From Takakia lepidozioides (Eukaryota > Plantae > Bryophyta): a stretch of 64,000 nucleotides of DNA. Below are positions 1 through 12,900 of this stretch, in pieces (position 1 is the stretch's first letter; each line of letters opens with the position of its first letter). The notes below the pieces were generated by a model, which had not been told where the DNA came from, did no database searches, and was given only the letters and a program-made list of their open reading frames with translations. The translations under genes were made by a program, and so were the position numbers. The stretch lies in NCBI GenBank assembly GCA_030704615.1, contig CM060731.1, positions 81,158,001 through 81,222,000 of the forward strand. The letters run 5' to 3'.

Positions 1-367
1 CACAATCAGTGTCCACCTCCTGTGCTATGTCATCTACAAAGATTCTGGCCCCAACACCACGTGTTCTACGAAGGCCATCGCAAGGTGGACTCTGAGTGCC
101 ATGAACGGACATGCTTGCTGCGAGTGCCTCCGCATAGACAGGTAGCACACAAGACCGAGGAGGACTGAAAACAAGTCCAAATAGGTGTGATAGCCCAGGA
201 GGGCAAGTGGAAGCACGCGGACTCCTACACATGTCCACAAAATCCCATTTTTAACACAATGATGCAATGCACAAGTCCAACGAAGAGGATGTCTCCCATG
301 TGCACTTTGCCTCAAGAACAGCGATTCTTGATATTGAAACAACAATGCAAGCATGCACAGGTTCAAC

Positions 368-3300
368 TTACTCACAGGCAAAGTCGGAGTCCAGCTCCTT
401 GTCAGAAGTCTCCTCTGTACCAGTATCAGCGGGACGGGGCTTCGGAAGGACCTGAGAAGTGTGTCCACCCAAACCCATCAGGAGGTTCTTGTAAATCTCA
501 GCATCCCCTTCAATCCCAAAGACATGTCGCGCACTGGCCTTGCAAGCGTGGTACGAAGCACCTGCAGTGGAATAGAATGAAGTAAGCAGACATTGAAGAC
601 ACATTCGGAACGGTGGAAAGTGCTGAAAGTGCAAGCTCAATCAAACCTCATGAAATGTGAATGTTGAAGAGACGAACCTGTGCCCATCGACAAATCCAGA
701 ACTCTGGCGTCTGTGTAGGTGCAGCACTCCACAATCGTTTGAATGAAAGCCGGGCTCCTCTCCCTCGCCCCTCTCCAAGGAACCCCATTCCCCCTTCGCA
801 AGCACACGTTGCTGTCGACGTAGTTGTGATGCATGTCATCCGTGGGAGGATCTGTCCTGTCATCTATGAACTTGCCCCCGTGAGTGATGGCAAACTCCGT
901 AATGCCGGCCGGAGTCGTTGGTGGATGCACCCGGACGAGACAAACAGCTTCAAACAGACGAGTCTGCGAACATGACATCCACAAGGAACTAAGAACCAAA
1001 ATAAAATCGGGCCCCTACATATGAGTTCGAGCGACCTATACAACACAATCCCAGAACAAAAAAGAAGAGGAAGAAGAAGGGAAACTCACCATCTCTCCCG
1101 GACGATCCCCCTTCGTAAGGTACATGCTGTTCACACAATTCCATGTCTTCACGACTCTCATGCCCGAGGCTTTCAAATAGCTGGCAAGGGCACGGCGACA
1201 CCGAACATCGATGGACTGGATGAGAACCAAAACACCTGCATCGGAAAGGAAGAAGTTGCAAAAGGAAAAAACCCACCGCCAGTAGCGCTCATCAAATGCA
1301 TTCCAACCCGGACAAGCACCCGATGGAGGGATATCCGGGACTGCCAACCCATCAGGGATGTCCAAGATGATGAGTTCCGCTGCATATGGCTTCTCCTTCC
1401 CGTTCACCCACGATTTGGTCATTTTAGCCTGCAAACAAAAATACAATGGAATTCTGACAAGTTTATAAACGATCCATGCCCACAGCAGACAAAGAGAGCA
1501 GAAGCCACAGAACCCAAAGAGAACACGCACCGTGCTGAGGAACTCGACAATCCTCTCCCACACTGGTGATGGCTCGCCCTTGTAATCAGATTTCTTCGAC
1601 TCCATCATGGCAAGGAACCCGACGTTGGCAATCTCCAACCTGGTTGGACGAATGACCCTCGTGGGATGTTCCACTGCACGGTACGGGTCCTTGGGATCAA
1701 CCACCCCCTTGTTTTTTCTCCCGGATCCCCTACCATGCGGTGGAGTCTGCTGGACATGCTCCACAGGGCCAATAGCTGCAACACTTCCCTGCCCTTGTGC
1801 CACCTTCCCTCTACCCCTTCCCTTCCCCACAACACCAGCAACATCTTTTCCCTTTGCCTTTCTTCCTCTACCCGGGGTATCCTGAGCGGGAGGCTCCTTC
1901 TCTGCAAGAGTCCTCAGATTACGCTCATGAATGTCGAGGTCCGCTGCTGCGGCAGTGGCTGCAATACGGTCATTCTCTCTCCTCAAAGACAACTCTACAG
2001 CTGGGGTCTCTGAAGGAGGGCAATCCAAATACCAACCACAAGAAGAAAGATGGTCTGGGCCCCAGTCATGCAAGATCCCAGCAGTGAACATGGTCTGGTT
2101 GCCAGCAGGGACAAGCCAAAGGTCCACGAAATCTGGATGTTTGTCCAAGCAATTCTCTTCCAAGAGAACAAACTTAATGTACCTGCAGGAACAGACACAG
2201 CCTCATTTTCCAATGCACATATTGTGTCCCAGCTTTTTCAACACACCAGGAAGACCCCCTTAAACAGTATGCCACACAACACATTGCAACCACAACACAA
2301 GTAAAGAGTGCAAGGGTGTGCACCTGTAAAGGCATCGTTTCCAGGCTTCCTCTCCTTTTTCCTGCTGGTCAAGCTCATTTGTTCGACTGATGCCACCCTC
2401 CTTGCTGAACTCTCTAAAGAAACCAGAGTGCCACACTGTGGCTCTCCATTTCCTCATGTAAGCTTCGAAGGAGACCTTTGGAGTTGTCATAGTGATGCCA
2501 TAGTCAGCCAGCTGAGTATGCAGAACCGATCGGGCCCTTTCTTCCAACTGCAAAACAATTGAAATGGAAGAATGAACCCAAAAACAATCACAGCGAATGT
2601 AAGAGGCAATGGGAAGAGAAGGACAGGAAAAGAGAAAAGAAAGTGAGATACGAGAGGACATCACACCTGGCTCCAGTAAGTGGCCTTGTGAAGCCAGGTG
2701 TCCAGCACATTGTCACTGACAGGAACGACACGCTGGGTCTTCTTCTCTTTCTCTGGCCTTGGGAACATGTGGGTATCCCTAACTGTGGGATCGGAGTTCC
2801 ATATCTGTAGCCACTTCACCTTCTGTTCAGAAGACACGACGGCGGTAGACAACCTGTGCAACTTCTCCTGGGCCATCTCCGGCTTGCCTGGCTTGTTATA
2901 ATGGTTTTTTATCTCCAGGAGAAACTGCGGCCCGAATGATGGGTCGGCCATTCTCAACTGCTTCACAAAAGCACTCATTATTGTCCTTCTTGTAGCGTTC
3001 ATCTCCTTCTGGATGTGACTTTCAACCCCCTTTGCTGTCCGTCTCTCCTCAGGGGTAGAGCTGTAGTATTCCAGTTTGCCACGCTCCCCTGCATCTGCAA
3101 TGTCTTGCTGCAAGGGAATGCAAGAGAGTTGCATCAATCCAAGGTCAAGGGAGACAGACAGAAACAAACATGTGGAAGCAGGAATATGGAAAGGCCAGAT
3201 GAAGGAAGATGTATCTCACCGTGTACATGTACTCCATGAAAGCCTCACGGGTCAACGAGTACCATGTTTCCGAAGTCTTGGAGCTTTCGCATTTCTTATA

Positions 3301-4103
3301 CATCTCTGCCGAAAGGATGGTCTTGAAGTTGGTCAAGGGCATCTGCCCGATCCTTTGTATCATATACAGTGTGTGAACCAGACTCGTTTTGACATGCGAT
3401 GTCTCCGTCCCTCTGCAGAATGATATCTGAATTTCAGAATGTAATTCAAGGACTTGAATCAAGGAAGAACGGAACCAGAAGTGCAACATGTACAATGAGA
3501 AACCAACCTGTTCACATCATTCATTGCCGTCAGAAGACCCATCATGTTGTCGTCACAATCAAGCACCATCGATCGAACAGAGTAATGCCACTCTTCCTCC
3601 TGTGAGTGCAGCCTCCCAATGACAGCCATCCATGCAAACAACCGGTGGTTGCCATCCCAAACGTGAAACATCTTCCCCGAGAATACCTGGGTGGAAGGTT
3701 TCCTGGAGAAAAGAAGTTCGAAGGATTCGTTCACCTGTCTCCAAATGGGGTCCCAGGAGTCGACGATTGACTCATCCACAAGGAGCTCGTTACCTCTAGA
3801 ATCCCTAGTAGAAACGTAAAAGACTGCGGATCCATCCAAATACCCATGAACAAACTCGGCCTCCAGCTTGAGAATGTCTTTGACAAGGGGTGGACGAACG
3901 ACGGGCATGGAAACCAACCTACACAGGGGAATCTTCAACCTCCCACCAGGAGCAAGCATACTTTGAACCACAAGCTGAGAGTTCACCTTTTGACCCCCCA
4001 GCATCTCAGCGGCTTTGCTTTCATAAAACTCATCGTCAACATCAACTATGGTCTCCTTCCCCTGACCCTGAGGGACCTCATCCGCCACACTTTGCATTTT
4101 CTC
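368..4103 (-). CDS. Multi-exon ParB/Srx-like (DGNHR) domain protein fused to a beta-class amino (N4C/N6A) DNA methyltransferase-like domain
   Basis: GT-AG exons at about 4103-3508, 3412-3220, 3108-2668, 2547-2326, 2182-1531, 1428-1090, 963-678 and 561-368. N-terminal IPLCRL..VRP..D..KL..EF...VWDGNHRLFAW is ParB-like. C-terminal ELIILDIPDG (motif IV position), FLSDAGVLVL and ERSPAFIQTIVECCT..DARVLDLSMGTGASYHACKASARHVFGIEGD (SAM-binding motif I after motif IV) give the beta order. The start exon was not resolved. Confidence 0.75.
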
Positions 4104-4264
4104 CTGCAAGGTTGTTCACTCAAATTCTTATAAGAGAGGAATGAAACGTCGACTGATGCATGAAAAAGTGGGATCAAACAGGTAAGTGTTCTTTGAGCTG
4201 CCAGGTAAGTGTTCATTGATCCTCACGGACCTGCCCTATGTTCCCGATTTTCACAGGGAAAGAA

Positions 4265-6597
4265 CATTCAAAAGTACTGCTCAAACAGTGTGCGTTGCCG
4301 CACACTGTTTGAGCTGGCAGTAAAGGATTCATTTCATCCTCAGATATCTGCCCATGAGGGCCGAAGGTTGCGCCCTTCAATATTGATATGTTCTGCCTAA
4401 ACAGTGTGCGGTTCCGCAGATTGTTTGAGCTGACAGTGAAGGGTTCAATTTATCCTCAGAAATGTGCCCCTGAAGACCAAATTTTGCACCCTAAAACATT
4501 GAAATGTTCAGCTCAAACAGTGTGCGTTGCCGCACACTGTTTGGGCTGACAGTGAAGGGTTCATTTCATCCTCACAAAGGTGCCCCTGAAGTTCAAATTT
4601 TGCACCCAGAAACATTGAAATGTTCAGCTCAAACAGTGTGCGTTGCCGCACACAGTTTGGGCTGACAGTGAAGGGTTCATTTCATCCTCACATAGGTGCC
4701 CCTGAAGTTCAAATTTTGCACCCAGAAACATTGAAATGTTCAGCTCAAACAGTGTGCGTTGCCGCACACTATTTGGGCTGACAGTGAAGGGTTCATTTCA
4801 TCCTCACATAGGTGCCCCTGAAGTCCAAATTTTGCACCCTGAAACATTAAAATGTTCGGCTCAAACAGTGTGCGTTGCCGCACACTGTTTGGGCTGACAG
4901 TGAAGGGTTCATTTCATCCTCACATAGGTGCCCCTGAAGTCCAAATTTTGCACCCTGAAACATTGAAATGTTCGGCTCAAACAGTGTGCGTTGCCGCACA
5001 CTGTTTGGGCTGACAGTGAAGGGTTCATTTCATCCTCAGATAGGTGCCCCTGAAGTCCAAATTTTGCACCAAGAAACATTGAAATGTTCAGCTCAAACAG
5101 TGTGCGTTGCCGCACACTATCTGAGCTGGTAGTGAAGGGTTCATTTCACCCTCAGATAACAGACAGCAAGACCAAATTTTGTACCCTAAAACATTGAAAA
5201 AATTTGCTCAAACAGTGTGCGTTGCCGCACACTGTTTGAGCTGGCAGTGAAGGGTTCATTTCAACCTCAGATAACAGACAGCAAGACCAAATTTTACAGC
5301 CTAAAACATTGAAATGTTCAGCTCAAACAGTGTGCGTTGCCGCACACTGTTTGGGCTGACAGTGAAGGGTTCATTTCATCCTAAGATAGGTGCCCATGAA
5401 GTCCAAATTTTGCACCCTGAAACATTGAAATGTTCAGCTCAAACAGTGTGCGTTGCCGCACACTGTTTGGGCTGACAGTGAAGGGTTCATTTCATCCTAA
5501 GATAGGTGGTGAAGTCCAAATTTTGCACCCTGAAACATTGAAATGTTCAGCTCAAACAGTGTGCGTTGCCGCACACTGTCTGAGCAAGCAGTGAAGGGTT
5601 CATTTCACCCTCAGATAACAGACAGCAAGACCAAATTTTGCACCCTAAAACATTGAAAAGATCTGCTCAAACAGTGTGCGTTGCCGCACACTGTTTGAGC
5701 TGGTTGTGAAGGGTTCATTTCAACCTCAGATAACAGACAGCAAGACCAAATTTTGCACCCTAAAACATTGAAATGTTCAGCTCAAACAGTGTGCGTTGCC
5801 GCACACTGTTTGGGCTGACAGTGAAGGGTTCATTTCATCCTAAGATAGGTGCCCCTGAAGTCCAAATTTTGCACCCTGAAACATTGAAATGTTCAGCTCA
5901 AACAGTGTGCGTTGCCGCACACTGTCTGAGCTGGCAGTGAAGGGTTCATTTCACCCTCATATAACAGACAGCAAGACCGAATTTTGCACCCTAAAACATT
6001 GAAAAGATCTGCTCAAACAGTGTGCGTTGCCGCACACTGTTTGAGCTGGTTGTGAAGGGTTCATTTCAACCTCAGATAACAGACAGCAAGACCAAATTTT
6101 GCACCCTAAAACATTGAAATGTTCAGCTCAAACAGTGTGCGTTGCCGCACACTGTTTGAGCTGGTTGTGAAGGGTTCATTTCAACCTCAGATAACAGACA
6201 GCAAGACCAAATTTTGCACCCTAAAACATTGAAATGTTCAGCTCAAACAGTGTGCGTTGCCGCACACTGTTTGGGCTGACAGTGAAGGGTTCATTTCATC
6301 CTCAGATAGGTGCCCCTGAAGTCCAAATTTTGCACCAAGAAACATTGAAATGTTCAGCTCAAACAGTGTGCGTTGCCGCACACTGTCTAAGCTGGCAGTG
6401 AAGGGTTCATTTCACCCTCAGATAACAGACAGCAAGACCAAATTTTGCACCCTAAAACATTAAAATGTTCAGCTCAAACAGTGTGCGTTGCCGCACACTG
6501 TTTGAGCTGGCAGTGAAGGGTTCATTTCAACCTCAGATAACAGACAGCAAGACCAAATTTTGCACCCTAAAACATTGAAATGTTCAGCTCAAACAGT
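4265..6597. repeat. Tandem array of ~20 units of 115-116 bp, each with a 16-18 bp inverted repeat
   Basis: (CA)GCTCAAACAGTGTGCG-TTGC-CGCACACTGTTTG(A/G)GC(TG) recurs every 115-116 bp (e.g. AAACAG at 4515, 4631, 4747). There are two unit variants (..ATAGGTGCCCCTGAAG.. and ..ATAACAGACAGCAAG..). Confidence 0.97.
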
Positions 6598-9533
6598 AGT
6601 GGACTGGCTGGGCTTCTGCAGGGCATGGACAAGAAACATGACGGACATCCTTGGTGCAGGACAACAACGTCGAACATCCATAACGACATTGGCTTGAAAT
6701 TTCGGAGGTCGGTTTGCGTTGGGCATTGCAAGTGCCTGAATATTTCTTGCCCTCGGCTGAGAAACAGCGCTCAGCCAAACGAAAGTGAGTGGGAAGGTGT
6801 GCCCCTGAATCCTTTCACCCCAGGGCTTGCACCTCCCAAGACCAATACTTTTGTGTGCAGGTTCTGCAAACTTTCCCCGTCCTGTGTTTCTGTTTGCCAC
6901 GCTCGTATGTATCAGGTGGCACATCGATGCAAGACAATGACTCGTGCCTGCATTCATATGGGTGCACACGAGCATCCTGTGTCCAAAGGGAGTTGCAGGG
7001 ATAGCGTGGACATCGCTAGAAATCTACTGAAGCAAGAGTTCCACAATGCCCCTTGTGCAACACCTTCTGCTATAGCGCTTGCAGCTAGCAAGGCATTCTT
7101 GGAAAAACACATATTGGGTGAAGGGGATGCGACACAGCCAATGCTGGATGCAGATTCCCTTGAGGCAGTCATGGACCATTTCTCCGTGTTGAGCTCTCCC
7201 AATATTCGAAACCAGGTGAATGCACTCAGAATGGGCAGAGGCACTGCTGGATTCATGGACAACATTATGGACCTCAAACGGAGGAGTCGCTATGAATTCA
7301 TTCAAAACAGTATGTTCCCTGGCCAGGGCTCGTCCAAAGTGTATTTGTTCAAGATGTCCGCTGTGGGCCAAGGCAGTGGTGTGAGCATTGTCCGCCGAAT
7401 GCAACCTGGAGGAGATTTGGCTAAATGTTGGTTAATGTTTGATCACTGCAAACGGGTGAAGGGTTGGACAACCATGGCGTGCCATGTGTATGATCCAGCG
7501 TACCAGCGTGTGCTCTCCATAGCAATTTGTGATATGCAGTCGGAGGACACTGAATCCCAGATGCTCATGTGGAATTCCCTCCTGGCCGTCATGCAGCGCA
7601 ATGGAATACAGAACACAAATTTTGCGGGCTTCATGGCTGATAGTGCACAGGCAAATTTCAATGCAGTGCGGCGCGTGTTTGGTTCGGGGGATCCTAAGGT
7701 CCCAATGGAAAATAGGGAGCGCACATGCCTCTTCCATTGGAGTCAATCTCTGGCACGTCATACAAAGCGCTGCATTCGCCCTGACCTTCAGTTGGAGCAT
7801 AGAAGGCTCTGTCTGAAGTACAAGAATGCCACCTCAATGGGAGAAGCTGAGAGCACTTACCAGGCAATCCGGGCTTGGTGGTTCTCCTCTAGTGCTGCTA
7901 CAGGTATCCACCTGAAGGAGTTGGAGGACTGGTTGGTTTTCTGGCACTTCAGGTACAGACAATGGGGAGCTTTCATGACGACGGTAAGCCTCACAAGTTT
8001 TCCTTAAACACAAATTGCACTTTGCATCGTGCCTGTTCATTTGGGGTTGTTCGATTGTCACTTGCAGAACCTCTACCATTTCTTTTCCTTCCTCACATTT
8101 CCATGCAATGCCTCCTGCAGGACATGTCCTTGGAGGACTTGGCCGACATGCCATCGTGTAATTTGGCAGAGACTGTTCACAACGCCTAGATGCAACAGTC
8201 TACCAAAGCAGGTCGTGACTTGTATGTGGCCACTGCTGATGACATGGTGCGGGCACTTACACAACAAACCAGGTACCGCAATTTTCTGATGGGACGGGGT
8301 GGAGGGAAGGGCCCCGATACGACTTTGTTGATGCTAAGGGCTGCGAGTAGGTCCGGAGACCCGTCAAAGATGGCCAGAGCTCTAAACAGGTGCACTGAAG
8401 GCTCCCCTCTGCAATCCAGGCTCCCCCATTTGGAAGGCGAGGAAAGATTTGGATCATGCAAAAGGAAATTAAACACTCTTCCAGGGTCAGATGGAGATTC
8501 CCATAGGCCAGACAGGGTCAATTTCTCTGTGCCAAAGGTGTCTCCAGTGCAGACTAAGTCCTGTGCCGGCCCCTTCCCAGGTGGGTCCTCCTCCTGTGGA
8601 GCAGGTGCAGAACATGCAAGCATAGCAGCGGAAATCCCATTGGAGGAGGTGGTGGCCATGGTGCAGGAATCTGATTGCATTGATAGTGACTGGCATATAG
8701 AACGCACCCCACCAGGATCTAGAGTGGCTTGCATGGCAATTCGGACCCCCTCATTCAAGAAATGCAAATCAAAAATATGCAAAGGCTCCAGGGGGACTCC
8801 AGCTCCAACATTCACAGGGTTGTTCCGACCTTATCATAGTGGGGAGTCAAAAGAGCACAAGTTTTGGTTCTGCCCAGACGATATGGCACGATGCGTGAAG
8901 GGAACAGTTCGTCCTTCCGTGATAATGAAGCCCCCTCCCCCCGCAATTTGGCCTGTGAAAATTGGGACATCGTTGTCCTCAACCGAGATAAGCATGCTGG
9001 AGGAGGGAGGGTTTTGTCTTGCACGGTCCCGGGTGGTGCCCTTATGCACTGTCGGCACAGATGTGCCACATGCTCCGACAATGCCTCCACCCGGTGCCGA
9101 CTCCCACCCAACAAAAAGAGATGGAAAAACAGTGCGCCGTGTTGCTTCGGGTGCAGATCACGAATGCAAGATGGAATCGGCTAGAATTTTGCAGGCTAGG
9201 GTGACTCGTATCACCGAAGTCCCTTCCCCGGGGTATGGACGGATTTACACAGTGCTGTCAATTGGCTCAGTTCTTCATGCCAAAGAATATCAGGTTACCA
9301 TTGGGAATTTCCCATCGTGCACTTGTCCGGATTTTGTAACGATGCGTGAGGGCGCTCTCGGCATGAGAGGGAAGTGGGTCCCCTGCAAGCATCAATATTA
9401 CATATACCTTGTAATTATGTGTTGCAACGGTAAGAGAGACCAATTCATTCACCAAGCCACACTAGGCTACGGAGAAGTCATCACCCTTCTGCAGCGGGAC
9501 ACCTCGCGTAGAGCTCCGCCAACTTCTCTTTGA
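6598..9533 (+). pseudogene. MULE-type transposase with GCM-like N-terminal zinc domain, DDE core and C-terminal SWIM finger; 5'-truncated, one premature stop
   Basis: GCM-like Cys/His domain (DGHPW..TTTSNI..FRRSVCVGHCKC..C..CRFC..C..H.G.HEHP). Core motifs WLMFDHCKR, FMADSAQANFNAVRRVF, CLFHW and NLAETVH. Intron 7984-8120 (GT..AG, phase 0). In-frame TAG at 8187-8189. SWIM motif YQVTI..PSCTCPDF..PCKH. Confidence 0.85.
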
Positions 9534-9941
9534 ACACATACGAGCCATGCCCGCTTCCCATGCTGGTTTCCACGTTGCCGTGTGAAGACTTTTCATTTTA
9601 TGACAAACATATATATTTCGTTCACGGAACCAGGGCAAATGCACTTGCGATTCATTGTAAGCGTCTCTCTGTGAATTGAAATAAACTGTGTCAATCATTC
9701 TGAGCTCAAATCTGCCATATTTACATATTCCTCTTTTTTGGCACGCATTGCAGACATGGTGCATGGTGGCCTCCTTTGTTTTGTCCACGGTAATAGGCCC
9801 TCTTCCTGCAATCCTCGCCTATAGGACCTGCTTCTCCAGCAGATTCATGCCGCTCACGCTTCAAAGCTTGAACGTGAGCTCAGCTCCCAGGCTCACGGGG
9901 CTGGGCTCACGCCGTAGCTACGCTGCAAATTTTCTTGTGAG

Positions 9942-12900
9942 TTGTATCAAGAAACTGGCGCCTTACGAAAAGGGAGTCAGTTATTGTTCGTGGATGGGAT
10001 AATATCCGGAACTAATGTGTCGTTGTTGGTGGACACAGGAGCGTCGCACTCCTTCATGACACCGGCAACGGCACAAAAGCTGGGACTCCCGACAAGTGAC
10101 GTTGGGGCCTCTATTGAGGTGCGTTCTGCCAAAGGAGAACCACAGTTGGCGACAAGGTTGGCGATTGATGTTCCTCTTCAACTGGGGAGTTGGGAGGGAC
10201 GTGAGAACTTCACCATCTGCGAGATCGATGGAGTGGATCTCATTTTGGGGATGACCTTTTTGAGCAAATCCGGAGCGGTCATAGATGGCCGCAAGAGAGT
10301 AGTCACGCTGCCATGTGGGAATGGTGGCGAGGTATTACGAGTGTCTGAAACGCCCAAATCTGTGGGAGGGCGAATAAACCTTCTATCAGCAAATGAGTGG
10401 GCCGTGGAGGAGGCGCACGAGCCCCAGTTTTTGCTTTACATTAGAGAAGTGAAAGGAGAAGGCGATGGGGAACCGAGCCCAGATTGGATCAAGGGGATTT
10501 TGGAGAAATACCAGGATGTGATGCCGGAGGATTTACCAAGCGGCTTGCCACCGCGAAGAGGAGTTGACCACAAGATTGAGGTGATACCGGGATCGGAACC
10601 GCCTGCCAAGGCGCCCTACCGGTTGAGCCACAGAGAGTTGGTCGAGCTGAAGACTCAGCTCAAGGATCTAATGTCAAAGGGGTACATCCGGCCGAGTAAG
10701 TCACCTTACGGAGCCCCGGTGCTATTCGCAGACAAGAAGGATGGGGCGCTGCGGATGTGTGTCGATTACAGGGCTCTGAATAAGGTGACTATCAAAAACC
10801 GGTACCCTTTGCCAAGGATCGACGACCTCTTCGATCGGTTGGCAGGAGCGAAGTATTTCAGCCGGATCGACTTGCGCTCCGGCTATCACCAAATTCGGGT
10901 GGCGGAAGGAGATGAGGAGAAAACCGCGTGCAGGATAAGGTATGGTTCATATGAGTTCTTGGTGATGCCTTTTGGGCTCACCAATGCACCAGCGACATTT
11001 AGCACGCTGATGAACAGCCTTTTCCAGGAGTGGTTGGATGACTTTGTGATCGTGTACATCGACGACATCTTGGTGTACTCGAAAACAAAGGAGGAGCACC
11101 TGGAGCACCTCAAAAGGGTGTTCCAAAAATTGCGGGAAGGGAAGCTGTATGCCAAAGCTTCAAAGTGCGAATTCGGGGTCACGAAAGTGGAGTTCTTGGG
11201 GCATGTGATTACACAAGATGGGATCAAAATGGATGACAGAAAGGTGAGGGCGATCTTGGACTGGGAGCCTCCGACTTCGGTCCCAGGAGTGCGATCCTTC
11301 CTAGGACTCGCCTCCTATTACCGGAAGTATGTGAGAAATTTCGCCAAGATTGCGGGGCCGCTGTCAGACCTTCTGTGTAAATCTAAAGTCTGGGCATGGA
11401 ACACCTTTTGTGGCCAAGCTTTTGCTGAATTGAAGCAGCGGATGGCGGAAGCTCCAGTCTTGAAAATCCCGGAGTTCGATCGTCCATTTGAGATTCATAT
11501 AGATGCGTCGGACTTTGCGATTGGGGGTGTACTTATGCAAGATGGACGTCCAGTGGCTTACGAAAGTAAGAAACTGAATGAAGTGGAGCGACGGTGGCCG
11601 ACGCACGAAAAAGAGATGAAGGCGGTGGTGCATTGCCTTGAGCTCTGTTGGTTCCAACCCAGTGAAGGTGTTCACGGACAATATCACGGTGAAGTATTTT
11701 GCCACGCAGCCCAAGTTGTCCCCAAAACAACTTACGTGGCAAGATACTTTGGCAGTGTTCGACGTGGATATCCAGTACAAACCGGGACGGGACAATGTGG
11801 TGGCCGATGCTTTAAGTAGAAAGCAGCAGCTCTTGTTGGTGTACAAGGGCGAGACGGCACTCCAAAGGAAGATCCGGAAGGCTTGCCGGAAGGATGAGCT
11901 GGCGAAGTCCGTGATGCAGGACTTGAGGATGGGGGTTAAATCACAGTTCCACTTGCAAAATGGACTGCTCCGGTATAAGCAAAAGCGTCTCTACGTGCCG
12001 AAGGGAGGGATCAGGGATAGCCTCTTGAGAGAATGCCATGATAGCCCGCTTGCGGGCCACGGCGGAGCCAAGCGCACTACGGCACTCTTGAAGAAAGAGT
12101 ATTTCTGGCCCAAACTGAGGGAGGAGGCAGAGGAGTATGTCAAGACATGCACCACATGCCAACAAAACCGGAGCGAGTACAAAAAGCAAGCGGGGCTGTT
12201 ACAACCCTTGCCGATTCCAGAGGGGACTTGGGAAAGCGTCTCGATGGATTTCATGACTGCTATGCCGCTGTCAAAAGGATTCGATGCAATCATGGTGGTG
12301 GTGGATAGGTTCAGTAAAATGGGCCATTTCATCCCCACCAAGGAGACGGCAACGGCGCAGGAGACATGGCGATTTTACTTCGCCCACGTCTTAAAGCATC
12401 ATGGAGTCCCGAAGGATATTGTCTCGGATCGTGATCCAAAGTTTACGAGTAAATTTTGGAGGACACTTTGGAAGAAGATGGGGACGAGGCTGAAGATGAG
12501 CACCGCCTTCCGACCTACGACGGACGGCCAAACGGAAAGAGTGAATTCCGTAGTGAAGCAATTCTTGCGGAATTACGTGTCGGCAGACCAATCAGACTGG
12601 ATGGAACACTTAGACGCGGCAGAGTTCTGTTATAATAACACAGAACACTCCGCAACAGGAGTTTCCCCTTTCGTATTGGTCTATGGAAAAGCACCTCTGG
12701 TGCCGACAAGTTGGGCCGCCCAGGACGTTGAGGAACCGGCAGTAGCGGCGGTACTGGAAGAACGCGAGCGTTTGTTGAAGCTCGCAAAGTACAACATTGC
12801 CAAAGCTAGGAAACGGTATGAAAGGCAGGCGAATCGGAAGCGGAGGGAAGTGAAGTTTGAGGCAGGCACAGAGGTCTGGTTGAACGTCAAGAATTTCCGA

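Larger units (their letters stand above)
1..9955. mobile_element. Large Mutator-like (MULE) DNA transposon, left end outside the window; carries transposase, ParB-MTase cargo gene and central tandem array; apparently inserted in the downstream Gypsy
   Basis: Contains a MULE-type DDE/SWIM gene (+) and a divergent cargo gene (-). Sequence switches abruptly to Gypsy protease at ~9955 with no gag or 5' LTR. Short hairpins lie near the right end (9874-9910, 9930-9954). Confidence 0.7.

Noticed and set aside
368-4103. Bacterial or phage contamination as the source of the ParB-MTase
   Set aside because: The gene has multiple spliceosomal GT-AG introns and is embedded in plant TE sequence.
4265-6597. 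CRISPR-like array (hairpin repeat at regular spacing)
   Set aside because: The intervening sequences are near-identical rather than unique spacers, there are no cas genes, and the context is eukaryotic.
9956-9962. TGGCGCC as a tRNA PBS for the chromovirus
   Set aside because: It lies immediately before the protease coding sequence with no gag or matching LTR upstream.
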